From Escherichia phage LH2, in the sequence record OQ378934.1: a stretch of DNA of 64,000 nt; one strand, 5' to 3'. The position numbers were made by a program, and so were the translations under genes. A model generated the notes under the pieces. The model searched no databases. It was not told the origin of the DNA and saw nothing but the letters and a program-made list of their open reading frames with translations. Shown in pieces: positions 1-8,006 of this stretch; position 1 is the first letter of the stretch, and each line of letters opens with the position of its first letter.

Positions 1-81
1 GATTTAGAAAAATGCCAAAAGTTGCTTTCCACTCTTAAAGAACGTGGAACAACTCATATTAAAACTGTAATAGGTAAATAA
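1..81 (+). CDS. 3' end of an upstream ORF truncated by the window edge
   Basis: Open frame from position 1 to TAA at 79-81, same orientation as the downstream early genes. Confidence 0.3.
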   Translation, partial: DLEKCQKLLSTLKERGTTHIKTVIGK

Positions 82-390
82 ATGAAACTGACGACTGAGC
101 AAAAAGTAGCAATTCGTGAAATTTTGAAAACTAAATTGTCCATGGGTATTTCAAACGTGGTTTTTGAAAAGTCTGATGGTACTATTCGTACTATGAAAGG
201 CACCCGTGATGCTGACTTTATGCCAACTATGCAAACCGGTAAATTGACTGAATCTACTCGGAAAGAATCTACTGATATGATTCCGATATTTGATGTTGAA
301 CTCGGTGCATGGCGAGGTTTTTCTATTGACAAATTGATTTCCGTTAATGGCATGAAAGTTGAGCATTTGCTTCAATTTATTGGTAAATAA
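82..390 (+). CDS. hypothetical small protein (102 aa) upstream of gene 31
   Basis: ATG-initiated ORF; position matches the 31.x ORFs of T4. Confidence 0.5.
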   Translation: MKLTTEQKVAIREILKTKLSMGISNVVFEKSDGTIRTMKGTRDADFMPTMQTGKLTESTRKESTDMIPIFDVELGAWRGFSIDKLISVNGMKVEHLLQFIGK

Positions 391-391
391 A

Positions 392-416
392 TGCTTTAAG
401 AATTATTTGTTATTAT
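392..416 (+). promoter_or_regulatory. MotA-dependent middle promoter (TGCTTTA box, 12-nt spacer, TATTAT -10)
   Basis: Matches T4 middle promoter architecture; 31 bp upstream of gene 31; 29 nt identical to the copy at 57724. Confidence 0.55.
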
Positions 417-446
417 TAATTCATCTGTTAACAAAAAGGAAAAACG

Positions 447-782
447 ATGTCTGAAGTACAACAGCTACCAATTCGTGCTGTCGGTGAATATGTTATTTTA
501 GTTTCTGAACCTGCGCAAGCCGGTGATGAAGAAGTTACAGAATCAGGACTTATTATTGGTAAACGTGTCCAAGGTGAAGTTCCTGAACTGTGTGTAGTTC
601 ACTCTGTTGGTCCTGATGTTCCTGAAGGTTTCTGCGAAGTTGGTGATTTGACTTCTCTTCCAGTTGGTCAAATTCGAAACGTTCCTCATCCTTTTGTAGC
701 TCTGGGTCTTAAGCAGCCAAAAGAAATTAAACAAAAATTCGTAACCTGTCACTATAAAGCTATTCCGTGTCTTTATAAGTGA
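447..782 (+). CDS. 31: co-chaperonin gp31 (GroES-like), 111 aa
   Basis: Length and sequence ([22 protein letters not shown]...) match T4 gp31 as I recall it. Confidence 0.9.
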
Positions 783-790
783 TATAAATA
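783..790 (+). promoter_or_regulatory. late promoter box TATAAATA
   Basis: Exact T4 late -10 consensus about 140 nt upstream of rIII. Confidence 0.35.
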
Positions 791-929
791 ATAATATGAA
801 TTGGGTGTCGGAATAATAAGTTAACCGAACAATTCTATGTGGTAGTCTACAACTGAGAGATCTGTCGAAAGAAGATGAAATTCAGAAGAACGTGACTACC
901 GAGTTTTAATCTCTAACGAGAATTTTTAA

Positions 930-1178
930 ATGATTAAACAATTACAACACGCTCTTGAACTGCAACGAAACGCATGGAATAATGGTCACGAAAACTATGG
1001 CGCATCTATTGATGTTGAAGCCGAAGCTCTTGAAATCCTGCGTTATTTCAAACATCTGAATCCTGCTCAAACTGCATTAGCCGCTGAGCTTCAGGAAAAA
1101 GATGAACTTAAATATGCTAAGCCTCTGGCTTCTGCCGCACGAAAAGCAGTTCGTCACTTTGTGGTAACACTGAAGTAA
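930..1178 (+). CDS. rIII: rIII-like lysis-inhibition accessory protein, 82 aa
   Basis: 82-aa ORF immediately after gene 31; assignment by size and synteny. Confidence 0.6.
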   Translation: MIKQLQHALELQRNAWNNGHENYGASIDVEAEALEILRYFKHLNPAQTALAAELQEKDELKYAKPLASAARKAVRHFVVTLK

Positions 1179-1534
1179 TTTATTGGAGAGTCACTGCCTT
1201 AGTGTGAAGTTAAAACGAGGAGCCGTCGAACTGTCTGATTAATGATTTGCGAATCATTATAGTTTTAAGACCCCGGCAGTTTTACGGTGTACCTCTTGAA
1301 TGTTATTCTTATAGCGGCAAGTGCATGCTACCCCGAGGTGATGGCTAATCGGGAGTACGCCTCAAGGCCTATATATCCATCAGTATATATCTTATCCTCG
1401 AGAAATCGGACCCGGAACCTTTAAGCTAACGGTGTGCAACAGATAAGAGCTATAAGGTATGATGACGGGTTTATGGTTATCCTGGTCGTTAAATATTCAA
1501 AAACCTATGTTCCCCTTGAGGGCTTGCGCAGGCA
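1179..1534. other. ORF-free, GC-rich block; candidate structured RNA or decayed element
   Basis: Stops in all six frames; local GC about 50 percent versus about 35 percent for flanks; contains palindrome TAATGATTTGCGAATCATTA. Confidence 0.3.
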
Positions 1535-1576
1535 ATGCCAATAAGTCCTGCATTTTCATTTAAAAGAGAATTTATA

Positions 1577-1753
1577 ATGGCAAAACAAGCTAAAGCAAAG
1601 AAAGCAGTTGAAAAGAAAGTTGGTGATTCTAAACGCGCTGGTTACAAGCGTGGGTCGAACTCTCGTATCAATCAAACTGTTGAGAAGATCATGCGCCGAG
1701 CACGTGCGGTTCTTCGAGATGATGCTTCTCGTTTTGGTAAGCAGAAAGCATAA
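1577..1753 (+). CDS. small basic protein, 58 aa from ATG 1577 (72 aa if from ATG 1535)
   Basis: Lys/Arg-rich ORF ending at a strong terminator. Confidence 0.5.
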   Translation: MAKQAKAKKAVEKKVGDSKRAGYKRGSNSRINQTVEKIMRRARAVLRDDASRFGKQKA

Positions 1754-1757
1754 GTTA

Positions 1758-1787
1758 AGGACTCCTTCGGGAGTCCTTTTTTATTTT
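1758..1787 (+). terminator. rho-independent terminator
   Basis: Hairpin AGGACTCCTTCGGGAGTCCT followed by a T-run. Confidence 0.7.
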
Positions 1788-1806
1788 CCAAAGATTGCAC
1801 AAAGTT

Positions 1807-1855
1807 GTTTACAGTATGGTTCCTTTGTGATAGTATTATCTTACACAAACAAAGG
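1807..1855 (+). promoter_or_regulatory. early promoter (GTTTACA, 17-nt spacer, TAGTAT) overlapping a stem-loop
   Basis: T4 early promoter consensus; stem CCTTTG/CAAAGG overlaps the -10; same module layout recurs at 56858, 57191 and 60532. Confidence 0.5.
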
Positions 1856-1863
1856 AGAATAAA

Positions 1864-1914
1864 ATGAAAACGATTAATCGGGTTACGGTCATTGGGCTGA
1901 TGTTGAAATTATAA
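1864..1914 (+). CDS. 16-aa leader ORF
   Basis: ATG preceded by AAAGGAG Shine-Dalgarno; too short to be confident. Confidence 0.2.
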   Translation: MKTINRVTVIGLMLKL

Positions 1915-1923
1915 GTATTAAAG

Positions 1924-2382
1924 ATGTCTGAATTAGAGATTAGAAGCAATTTTAGATGGCCATCATGTGCATTAAGCAATTTCGCCCAATGGCCTTTCGT
2001 TATGGATGGTATCCAATTTGGAGGTCTCGAAGGATTCCTCCAAGGATGTAAGGTGAAAAATGTTGAACACCAACGTCGTATATTTGGGTTATCTGGGCTT
2101 GCCGCCCAACAAGCTGGAAGGTCTTATGCTAGAGCTCAGGACCGTGGCACGTTGTTCTGGCTTGGAACTCCGTTTTCAAGATACTCCTCAGCGTGGAAAG
2201 AATTATACACAAATGCATATTTTGAAGCAGCGTTCCAAAACAAGGGCTTTCGTGATGCATTACAAGTCTCGAAAGGAAAAGTTTTGAAGCACAGCATGGC
2301 TAGTGGTCTAACAAAAGATGATACAATACTAACCGAAGCTGAATTTATTGATGTGTTAAACCTATTAAGAGACTCTCTATGA
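1924..2382 (+). CDS. NADAR (YbiA/DUF1768)-like protein, 152 aa
   Basis: N-terminal stretch LSNFAQWPFVMDGIQFGGLEGFLQGCK resembles the NADAR signature as I recall it from E. coli YbiA; C-terminal half matches less well. Confidence 0.45.
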   Translation: MSELEIRSNFRWPSCALSNFAQWPFVMDGIQFGGLEGFLQGCKVKNVEHQRRIFGLSGLAAQQAGRSYARAQDRGTLFWLGTPFSRYSSAWKELYTNAYFEAAFQNKGFRDALQVSKGKVLKHSMASGLTKDDTILTEAEFIDVLNLLRDSL

Positions 2383-3242
2383 AGCCTACTATTTTAACTG
2401 ATATTGATGGAGTATGTTTAAGCTGGCAATCAGGTCTTCCTTATTTTGCTCAGAAATATAATCTTCCATTAGAACATATTTTAAAAATGATCCAAGATGA
2501 GAAATTTATTTCTCCGGGTAAACTCTTTAATTGTGATGAAGAACTTGGCGTCAAGTTAATTGAAAAATACAATCGTTCAGATTTTATTCGTTACTTGTCT
2601 CCGTATAAAGATGCCCTGTGTGTAATTAACAAATTAAAAGAAGATTATAATTTTGTAGCTGTTACAGCATTGGGTGATTCTATTGACGCTCTGTTAAATC
2701 GTCAATTTAATTTGAATGCTCTTTTTCCTGGTGCCTTCTCAGAAGTAATGATGTGTGGTCATGATTCTTCAAAAGAAGAGTTATTCAAAAAGGCAAAAGA
2801 GAAATATAACGTAATTTGTTATATTGACGATCTCGCTCACCACTGTGACCACGCGAGTGAAATATTGAATGTTCCTGTTTATTGGATGGCTCGAGGAGAG
2901 CGTGACAATATTCCAAAAACTGCGCAGCGAGTTTATACATGGAATGATGTAGAAAATAAGCTTTTTTCGCCGAAGGAAAATAAAGAAAGTTTTGATAGTG
3001 AAAAAGCTATAAAAGATGTAATTGAGAAGATGGTTAAAAACGATTCTTTTCGTTGGAACACTACCTGGAGAACTCCTGGATTTAATCCGTATAATCCATA
3101 TTATACACATCCATATAATCCATATTATACACACCCGTATCATATGAATCCATTCCATACGTGGAGTTATACTAAGCCTGGTGATGCAGGGTATTTTAAT
3201 AGATTTACTAGTGGTGATAATATTTTCCAAGGAGCATTCTAA
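2379..3242 (+). CDS. HAD-superfamily hydrolase-like protein, 287 aa, with repeat-rich Pro/Tyr C-terminus
   Basis: N-terminal motif ILTDIDGV fits HAD motif I (DxDG); ATGA overlap with the upstream ORF. Confidence 0.5.
   Translation: MKPTILTDIDGVCLSWQSGLPYFAQKYNLPLEHILKMIQDEKFISPGKLFNCDEELGVKLIEKYNRSDFIRYLSPYKDALCVINKLKEDYNFVAVTALGDSIDALLNRQFNLNALFPGAFSEVMMCGHDSSKEELFKKAKEKYNVICYIDDLAHHCDHASEILNVPVYWMARGERDNIPKTAQRVYTWNDVENKLFSPKENKESFDSEKAIKDVIEKMVKNDSFRWNTTWRTPGFNPYNPYYTHPYNPYYTHPYHMNPFHTWSYTKPGDAGYFNRFTSGDNIFQGAF
3091..3138 (+). repeat. tandem 24-bp direct repeat, two copies, inside the HAD-like gene
   Basis: ATAATCCATATTATACACATCCAT then ATAATCCATATTATACACACCCGT; encodes the repeated YNPYYTHP peptide. 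Confidence 0.8.
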
Positions 3243-3511
3243 TGTTTGTCGTTCACACTATTTATGAAAATGAAGGTAATACTACACGTGATTACGGTCA
3301 CGTAAATCAATTTTTTAGATGCAATCCAGAATTCCGAGCTCAAAAAGACGAACGAATTTTTAAAAAATGTGTAGAGCAAGGTTTCATTTACGTCAAGCAC
3401 TGGATGCAAGGAAATAAAGTTAGAACTACATATCATAAGTCTTTGCCTGAGCTTAATGATGAATTGATTTATAATAGAGCTGTAAATCAAACTCTGAAGG
3501 ATGAACAATGA
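3242..3511 (+). CDS. hypothetical protein, 89 aa
   Basis: ATG ORF overlapping the ligase start by 4 nt; position of T4 30.1. Confidence 0.5.
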   Translation: MFVVHTIYENEGNTTRDYGHVNQFFRCNPEFRAQKDERIFKKCVEQGFIYVKHWMQGNKVRTTYHKSLPELNDELIYNRAVNQTLKDEQ

Positions 3512-4968
3512 TTCTTAAAATTCTGAATGAAATAGCATCTATTGGATCAACTAAGCAGAAGCAAGCAATTCTTGAAAAGAATAAAGATAATGAATTGCTT
3601 AAACGGGTATATCGTCTGACTTATTCTCGTGGGTTACAGTATTATATCAAGAAATGGCCTAAACCTGGTATTGCTACCCAGAGTTTTGGAATGCTGACTA
3701 TTACCGATATGCTTGACTTCATTGAATTCACGTTAGCTACTCGGAAATTGACCGGAAATGCTGCAATTGAGGAATTGACTGGATATATCACCGATGGTAA
3801 AAAGGATGATGTTGAAGTTTTGCGTCGAGTGATGATGCGAGACCTTGAATGCGGTGCTTCAGTATCTATTGCAAACAAAGTTTGGCCAGGTTTAATTCCT
3901 GAACAACCTCAAATGCTGGCAAGTTCTTATGATGAAAAAGGCATTAGTAAGAATATCAAGTTTCCAGCTTTTGCACAGTTAAAAGCAGATGGAGCTCGGT
4001 GTTTTGCTGAAGTCCGAGGTGATGAATTAGATGATGTTCGTCTTTTATCACGAGCTGGTAATGAATATCTAGGATTAGATCTTCTTAAGGAAGAGTTAAT
4101 CAAAATGACTGCTGAAGCCCGCCAGATTCATCCAGAAGGTGTGTTAATTGACGGCGAATTGGTATACCATGAGCAAGTTGAAAAGGAACCAGAAGGCCTA
4201 GATTTTCTTTTTGATGCTCCTGAAATCAGTAAAGCTAAAGAGTTTGCCGAAGTAGCTGAATCTCGTACTGCTTCTAATGGAATCGCCAATAAATCTTTAA
4301 AGGGAACTATTTCAGAAAAAGAAGCCAAATGCATGAAGTTTCAGGTCTGGGATTATGTTCCGTTGGTAGAAATATACGGTCTTCCGGCGTTTCGTTTAAA
4401 ATATGATGTACGTTTTTCTAAACTAGAACAAATGACATCAGGATATAATAAAGTAATTTTAATTGAAAACCAAGTAGTAAATAACCTAGATGAAGCTAAG
4501 GTAATTTATAAAAAATATATTGACCAAGGTCTTGAAGGTATTATTCTCAAAAATACCGATGGATTGTGGGAAAATGCTCGTTCAAAAAATCTCTATAAAT
4601 TTAAAGAAGTAATTGATGTTGATTTAAAAATTGTAGGAATTTATCCTCACCGTAAAGACCCTACTAAAGCAGGTGGATTTATTCTTGAATCAGAGTGTGG
4701 AAAAATTAAAGTAAATGCAGGTTCAGGCTTAAAAGATAAAGCCGGTGTAAAATCACATGAACTTGACCGTACTCGCATTATGGAAAACCAAAATTATTAT
4801 ATTGGAAAAATTCTAGAGTGCGAATGCAACGGCTGGTTAAAATCTGATGGCCGCACTGATTACGTTAAATTATTTCTTCCAATTGCGATTCGTTTACGTG
4901 AAGATAAAACTAAAGCTAATACATTTGAGGATGTATTTGGTGATTTTCATGAGGTAACTGGTCTATGA
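3508..4968 (+). CDS. 30: ATP-dependent DNA ligase gp30
   Basis: 486 aa; active-site lysine motif KADGARC; near-identical to recalled T4 ligase. Confidence 0.95.
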   Translation: MILKILNEIASIGSTKQKQAILEKNKDNELLKRVYRLTYSRGLQYYIKKWPKPGIATQSFGMLTITDMLDFIEFTLATRKLTGNAAIEELTGYITDGKKDDVEVLRRVMMRDLECGASVSIANKVWPGLIPEQPQMLASSYDEKGISKNIKFPAFAQLKADGARCFAEVRGDELDDVRLLSRAGNEYLGLDLLKEELIKMTAEARQIHPEGVLIDGELVYHEQVEKEPEGLDFLFDAPEISKAKEFAEVAESRTASNGIANKSLKGTISEKEAKCMKFQVWDYVPLVEIYGLPAFRLKYDVRFSKLEQMTSGYNKVILIENQVVNNLDEAKVIYKKYIDQGLEGIILKNTDGLWENARSKNLYKFKEVIDVDLKIVGIYPHRKDPTKAGGFILESECGKIKVNAGSGLKDKAGVKSHELDRTRIMENQNYYIGKILECECNGWLKSDGRTDYVKLFLPIAIRLREDKTKANTFEDVFGDFHEVTGL

Positions 4969-5153
4969 AAGCTTACTTAGAAACAATTGTCATTGCTCAA
5001 AAAGAAGGTGGAGATGTTTCTACTTCTGTATCACAAATCGTTCTTGAATTTGTAGATGCATATGCTTATAATAAATTCACAGAAACATTTGATGCCTATG
5101 AAAAAGGTCCAAAGTTTGAAATATATCGTACTCTCTTACCATTAGATTATTAA
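4965..5153 (+). CDS. hypothetical protein, 62 aa
   Basis: ATG overlaps the ligase stop (ATGA); ends at a terminator hairpin. Confidence 0.45.
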   Translation: MKAYLETIVIAQKEGGDVSTSVSQIVLEFVDAYAYNKFTETFDAYEKGPKFEIYRTLLPLDY

Positions 5154-5174
5154 AGGCCTTCGGGCCTTTAATTT
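5152..5174 (+). terminator. rho-independent terminator
   Basis: Hairpin AAAGGCCTTCGGGCCTTT then AATTTT. Confidence 0.55.
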
Positions 5175-5182
5175 TATAAATA
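5175..5182 (+). promoter_or_regulatory. late promoter TATAAATA for alt
   Basis: Exact consensus 27 nt upstream of the alt ATG. Confidence 0.5.
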
Positions 5183-5208
5183 GAATAAGAATAAACACTA
5201 GAGAGGAT

Positions 5209-7266
5209 ATGATGGAACTCATTACAGAATTATTTGACGAAGATACTACTCTTCCGATTACAAACTTAAATCCAAAGAAGAAAATACCGCAAATTTTTTC
5301 AGTTCATGTTGATGACGCAATTGAACAACCAGGCTTTCGTTTATGTACCTATACATCTGGAGGTGATACTAACCGTGATTTAAAGATGGGCGATAAAATG
5401 ATGCATATTGTTCCTTTTACATTAACTGCTAAAGGTTCAATTGCTAAATTAAAAGGTCTCGGTCCAAGCCCAATTAATTACATCAATTCAGTTTTTACTG
5501 TTGCGATGCAAACGATGCGTCAGTATAAAATTGATGCCTGCATGCTTCGTATTCTTAAGTCTAAAACCGCTGGTCAAGCTCGACAAATTCAAGTTATTGC
5601 TGATAGACTTATCCGCAGTCGTTCAGGTGGCAGATACGTCCTTCTTAAGGAACTCTGGGATTACGATAAAAAGTATGCATATATTCTTATACATCGCAAA
5701 AATGTATCGCTAGAAGACATTCCAGGAGTTCCGGAAATTAGTACCGAGCTCTTTACTAAAGTTGAATCGAAGGTCGGCGATGTTTATATCAATAAAGATA
5801 CTGGAGCTCAAGTAACTAAAAATGAGGCAATTGCAGCATCTATTGCGCAAGAAAATGATAAACGTTCTGACCAAGCTGTAATCGTTAAAGTTAAAATTTC
5901 CCGTAGAGCAATTGCACAAAGTCAGTCATTAGAATCTTCTAGATTTGAAACACCAATGTTTCAAAAATTTGAGGCTTCAGCGGCAGAATTAAATAAACCC
6001 GCCGACGCACCTTTAATTTCTGATGCTAACGAATTAACTGTTATTTCTACTTCAGGATTTGCATTAGAGAATGCTCTTAGCAGTGTTACAGCTGGGATGG
6101 CATTCAGAGAAGCTTCTATAATTCCTGAAGATAAAGAATCCATTATTAATGCAGAAATAAAAAATAAAGCTTTAGAAAAATTACGAAAAGAATCTATTAC
6201 TTCAATAAAAACTTTAGAAACTATTGCTTCTATCGTCGATGATACTTTAGAAAAATATAAAGGTGCTTGGTTTGAAAGAAATATTAACAGACATTCGCAT
6301 TTAAACCAAGATGCTGCAAATGAGTTAGTACAAAATTCTTGGAATGCAATAAAAACAAAGATTATTCGAAGAGAATTACGTGGATATGCTCTTACCGCTG
6401 GATGGTCATTACATCCTATAGTCGAAAATAAAGATTCATCTAAATACACACCAGCGCAAAAACGCGGAATTCGTGAATATGTAGGTTCAGGATATGTAGA
6501 CATAAATAATGCTCTTTTGGGATTATATAATCCAGATGAGCGTACAAGTATTTTAACAGCACCTGAAATAGAACAAGCCATTGATAATTTAGATTCAGCC
6601 TTTAAAAATGGTGAACGATTACCAAAAGGTATTACTTTGTATCGTTCACAACGAATGTTACCTTCAATATATGAAGCAATGGTAAAAAATCGAGTTTTTT
6701 ATTTTAGAAACTTTGTGTCAACATCATTATATCCAAATATTTTTGGTACTTGGATGACTGATTCATCTGTGGGTGTTTTACCAGACGAAAAGCGTTTAAG
6801 TGTTTCTATTGATAAAACTGATGAAGGGCTTGTTAATTCTAGCGATAATTTAGTCGGAATTGGATGGGTTATTACTGGGGCTGATAAAGTCAATGTTGTT
6901 TTACCCGGTGGAAGTTTAGCGCCTTCAAATGAAATGGAAGTCATTTTGCCACGTGGATTAATGGTCAAAGTTAATAAAATAACCGATGCATCTTACAACG
7001 ATGGAACAGTTAGAACTAACAACAAGCTTATTCAAGCTGAAGTTATGACCACAGAAGAACTCACCGAATCGGTAATCTATGACGGAGACCATTTAATGGA
7101 AACTGGTGAATTGGTTGCAATGACAGGTGATATTGAAATAGAAGACAGAGTTGACTTTGCATCATTTGTTTCATCAAACGTTAAACAGAAAGTAGAATCA
7201 TCTCTCGGAATTATTGCGTCTTGCATAGATATTGCAAACATGCCTTACAAGTTCGTTCAAGGATAA
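5209..7266 (+). CDS. alt: Alt, capsid-packaged ADP-ribosyltransferase
   Basis: 685-aa ORF (T4 Alt is about 682 aa); assignment by size, recalled sequence and position next to gene 30. Confidence 0.85.
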   Translation: MMELITELFDEDTTLPITNLNPKKKIPQIFSVHVDDAIEQPGFRLCTYTSGGDTNRDLKMGDKMMHIVPFTLTAKGSIAKLKGLGPSPINYINSVFTVAMQTMRQYKIDACMLRILKSKTAGQARQIQVIADRLIRSRSGGRYVLLKELWDYDKKYAYILIHRKNVSLEDIPGVPEISTELFTKVESKVGDVYINKDTGAQVTKNEAIAASIAQENDKRSDQAVIVKVKISRRAIAQSQSLESSRFETPMFQKFEASAAELNKPADAPLISDANELTVISTSGFALENALSSVTAGMAFREASIIPEDKESIINAEIKNKALEKLRKESITSIKTLETIASIVDDTLEKYKGAWFERNINRHSHLNQDAANELVQNSWNAIKTKIIRRELRGYALTAGWSLHPIVENKDSSKYTPAQKRGIREYVGSGYVDINNALLGLYNPDERTSILTAPEIEQAIDNLDSAFKNGERLPKGITLYRSQRMLPSIYEAMVKNRVFYFRNFVSTSLYPNIFGTWMTDSSVGVLPDEKRLSVSIDKTDEGLVNSSDNLVGIGWVITGADKVNVVLPGGSLAPSNEMEVILPRGLMVKVNKITDASYNDGTVRTNNKLIQAEVMTTEELTESVIYDGDHLMETGELVAMTGDIEIEDRVDFASFVSSNVKQKVESSLGIIASCIDIANMPYKFVQG

Positions 7267-7269
7267 ATC

Positions 7270-7455
7270 GTGGAACTTATTACAGAATTATTTGACGGCG
7301 CTTCGGCGCCGGTTGTTAACTTAAATCCTAAGCATAAAATACCACAAATTTTTGCTATTCAAGCCGGCGAAGAAAGCGTGCTTCCTGGATTTAGATTTTG
7401 TACATACACCTCTGGCGGTGATACAAATAAAACGTTAAACCAGGCGACAAAATGA
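7270..7455 (+). CDS. paralog of the Alt N-terminus, fragment A (GTG start, 61 aa)
   Basis: MELITELFDGASAPVVNLNPKHKIPQIF... aligns to Alt residues 2 to about 60; frame ends where a 1-nt deletion relative to alt occurs. Confidence 0.4.
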   Translation: MELITELFDGASAPVVNLNPKHKIPQIFAIQAGEESVLPGFRFCTYTSGGDTNKTLNQATK

Positions 7456-7655
7456 TGCATATCGTAATGATAGGTGTTAATGAGAAACTATCATTAGTTA
7501 AGCTTAAAAACTTGGGTGGAAATCCAATTGGTGTCATTAATGCTGTTTTTGATACTGCTCTTCAAACAATGAAACAGTATAAAATCGACGCATGCCTATT
7601 ACGCGTACTAAAAAGTTCAAAATGTAGTTTACAAGTCCCTCGTGTTGTGTTATAA
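7452..7655 (+). CDS. paralog of the Alt N-terminus, fragment B (67 aa)
   Basis: MMHIVMIGVNEKLSLVKLKNLGGNPIGVINAVFDTALQTMKQYKIDACLLRVLKS aligns to Alt residues 65-130 in a shifted frame. Confidence 0.4.
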   Translation: MMHIVMIGVNEKLSLVKLKNLGGNPIGVINAVFDTALQTMKQYKIDACLLRVLKSSKCSLQVPRVVL

Positions 7656-7687
7656 TAATCTTACTGACATAACACGAGGAACACAAA

Positions 7688-7978
7688 ATGAAATCTTCTT
7701 TGCGCTTTTTAGGTCAAGAACTTGTAGTTGAAGGCGTTATTCCTGCTGATAATGCTTTTAATGAAGCAGTTTACGATGAATTTATCAAAATTTTTGGAAC
7801 AGATAAAAAGTTCGGAATTTTTCCTTCTGAAAATTTTTCAAAGCCAGAGCAGACTGAAAGTATTTTCCAAGGTGTAGTAACAGGTAAATTTGAGTCAGAA
7901 GCTCCGGTAAAAATTGAAGTTTATATTGAAGACAGTTTAGTTGCTTCAGTTGCTGCTTTTATTTCATTCCGTAAATAA
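7688..7978 (+). CDS. hypothetical protein, 96 aa
   Basis: ATG ORF ending at a convergent terminator. Confidence 0.5.
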   Translation: MKSSLRFLGQELVVEGVIPADNAFNEAVYDEFIKIFGTDKKFGIFPSENFSKPEQTESIFQGVVTGKFESEAPVKIEVYIEDSLVASVAAFISFRK

Positions 7979-7984
7979 AAATAT

Positions 7985-8002
7985 GGGGACCGAAAGGTCC
8001 CC
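7985..8002. terminator. bidirectional terminator hairpin between convergent transcripts
   Basis: GGGGACCGAAAGGTCCCC with A/T runs on both sides. Confidence 0.6.
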
Positions 8003-8006
8003 ATTG

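Noticed and set aside
1179-1534. Possibility that the GC-rich block is a tRNA or pseudo-tRNA
   Set aside because: I could not fold any cloverleaf with a conserved T-loop (GTTCNANNC) and matching acceptor stem; left as an unclassified structured region.
5961-6581. 206-aa minus-strand ORF inside alt, and similar antisense ORFs (e.g. 2781-3230, 25297-25641, 37226-37552, 44652-45032)
   Set aside because: Each lies wholly inside a longer, well-supported gene on the other strand and lacks a promoter or ribosome-binding context; treated as shadow ORFs.
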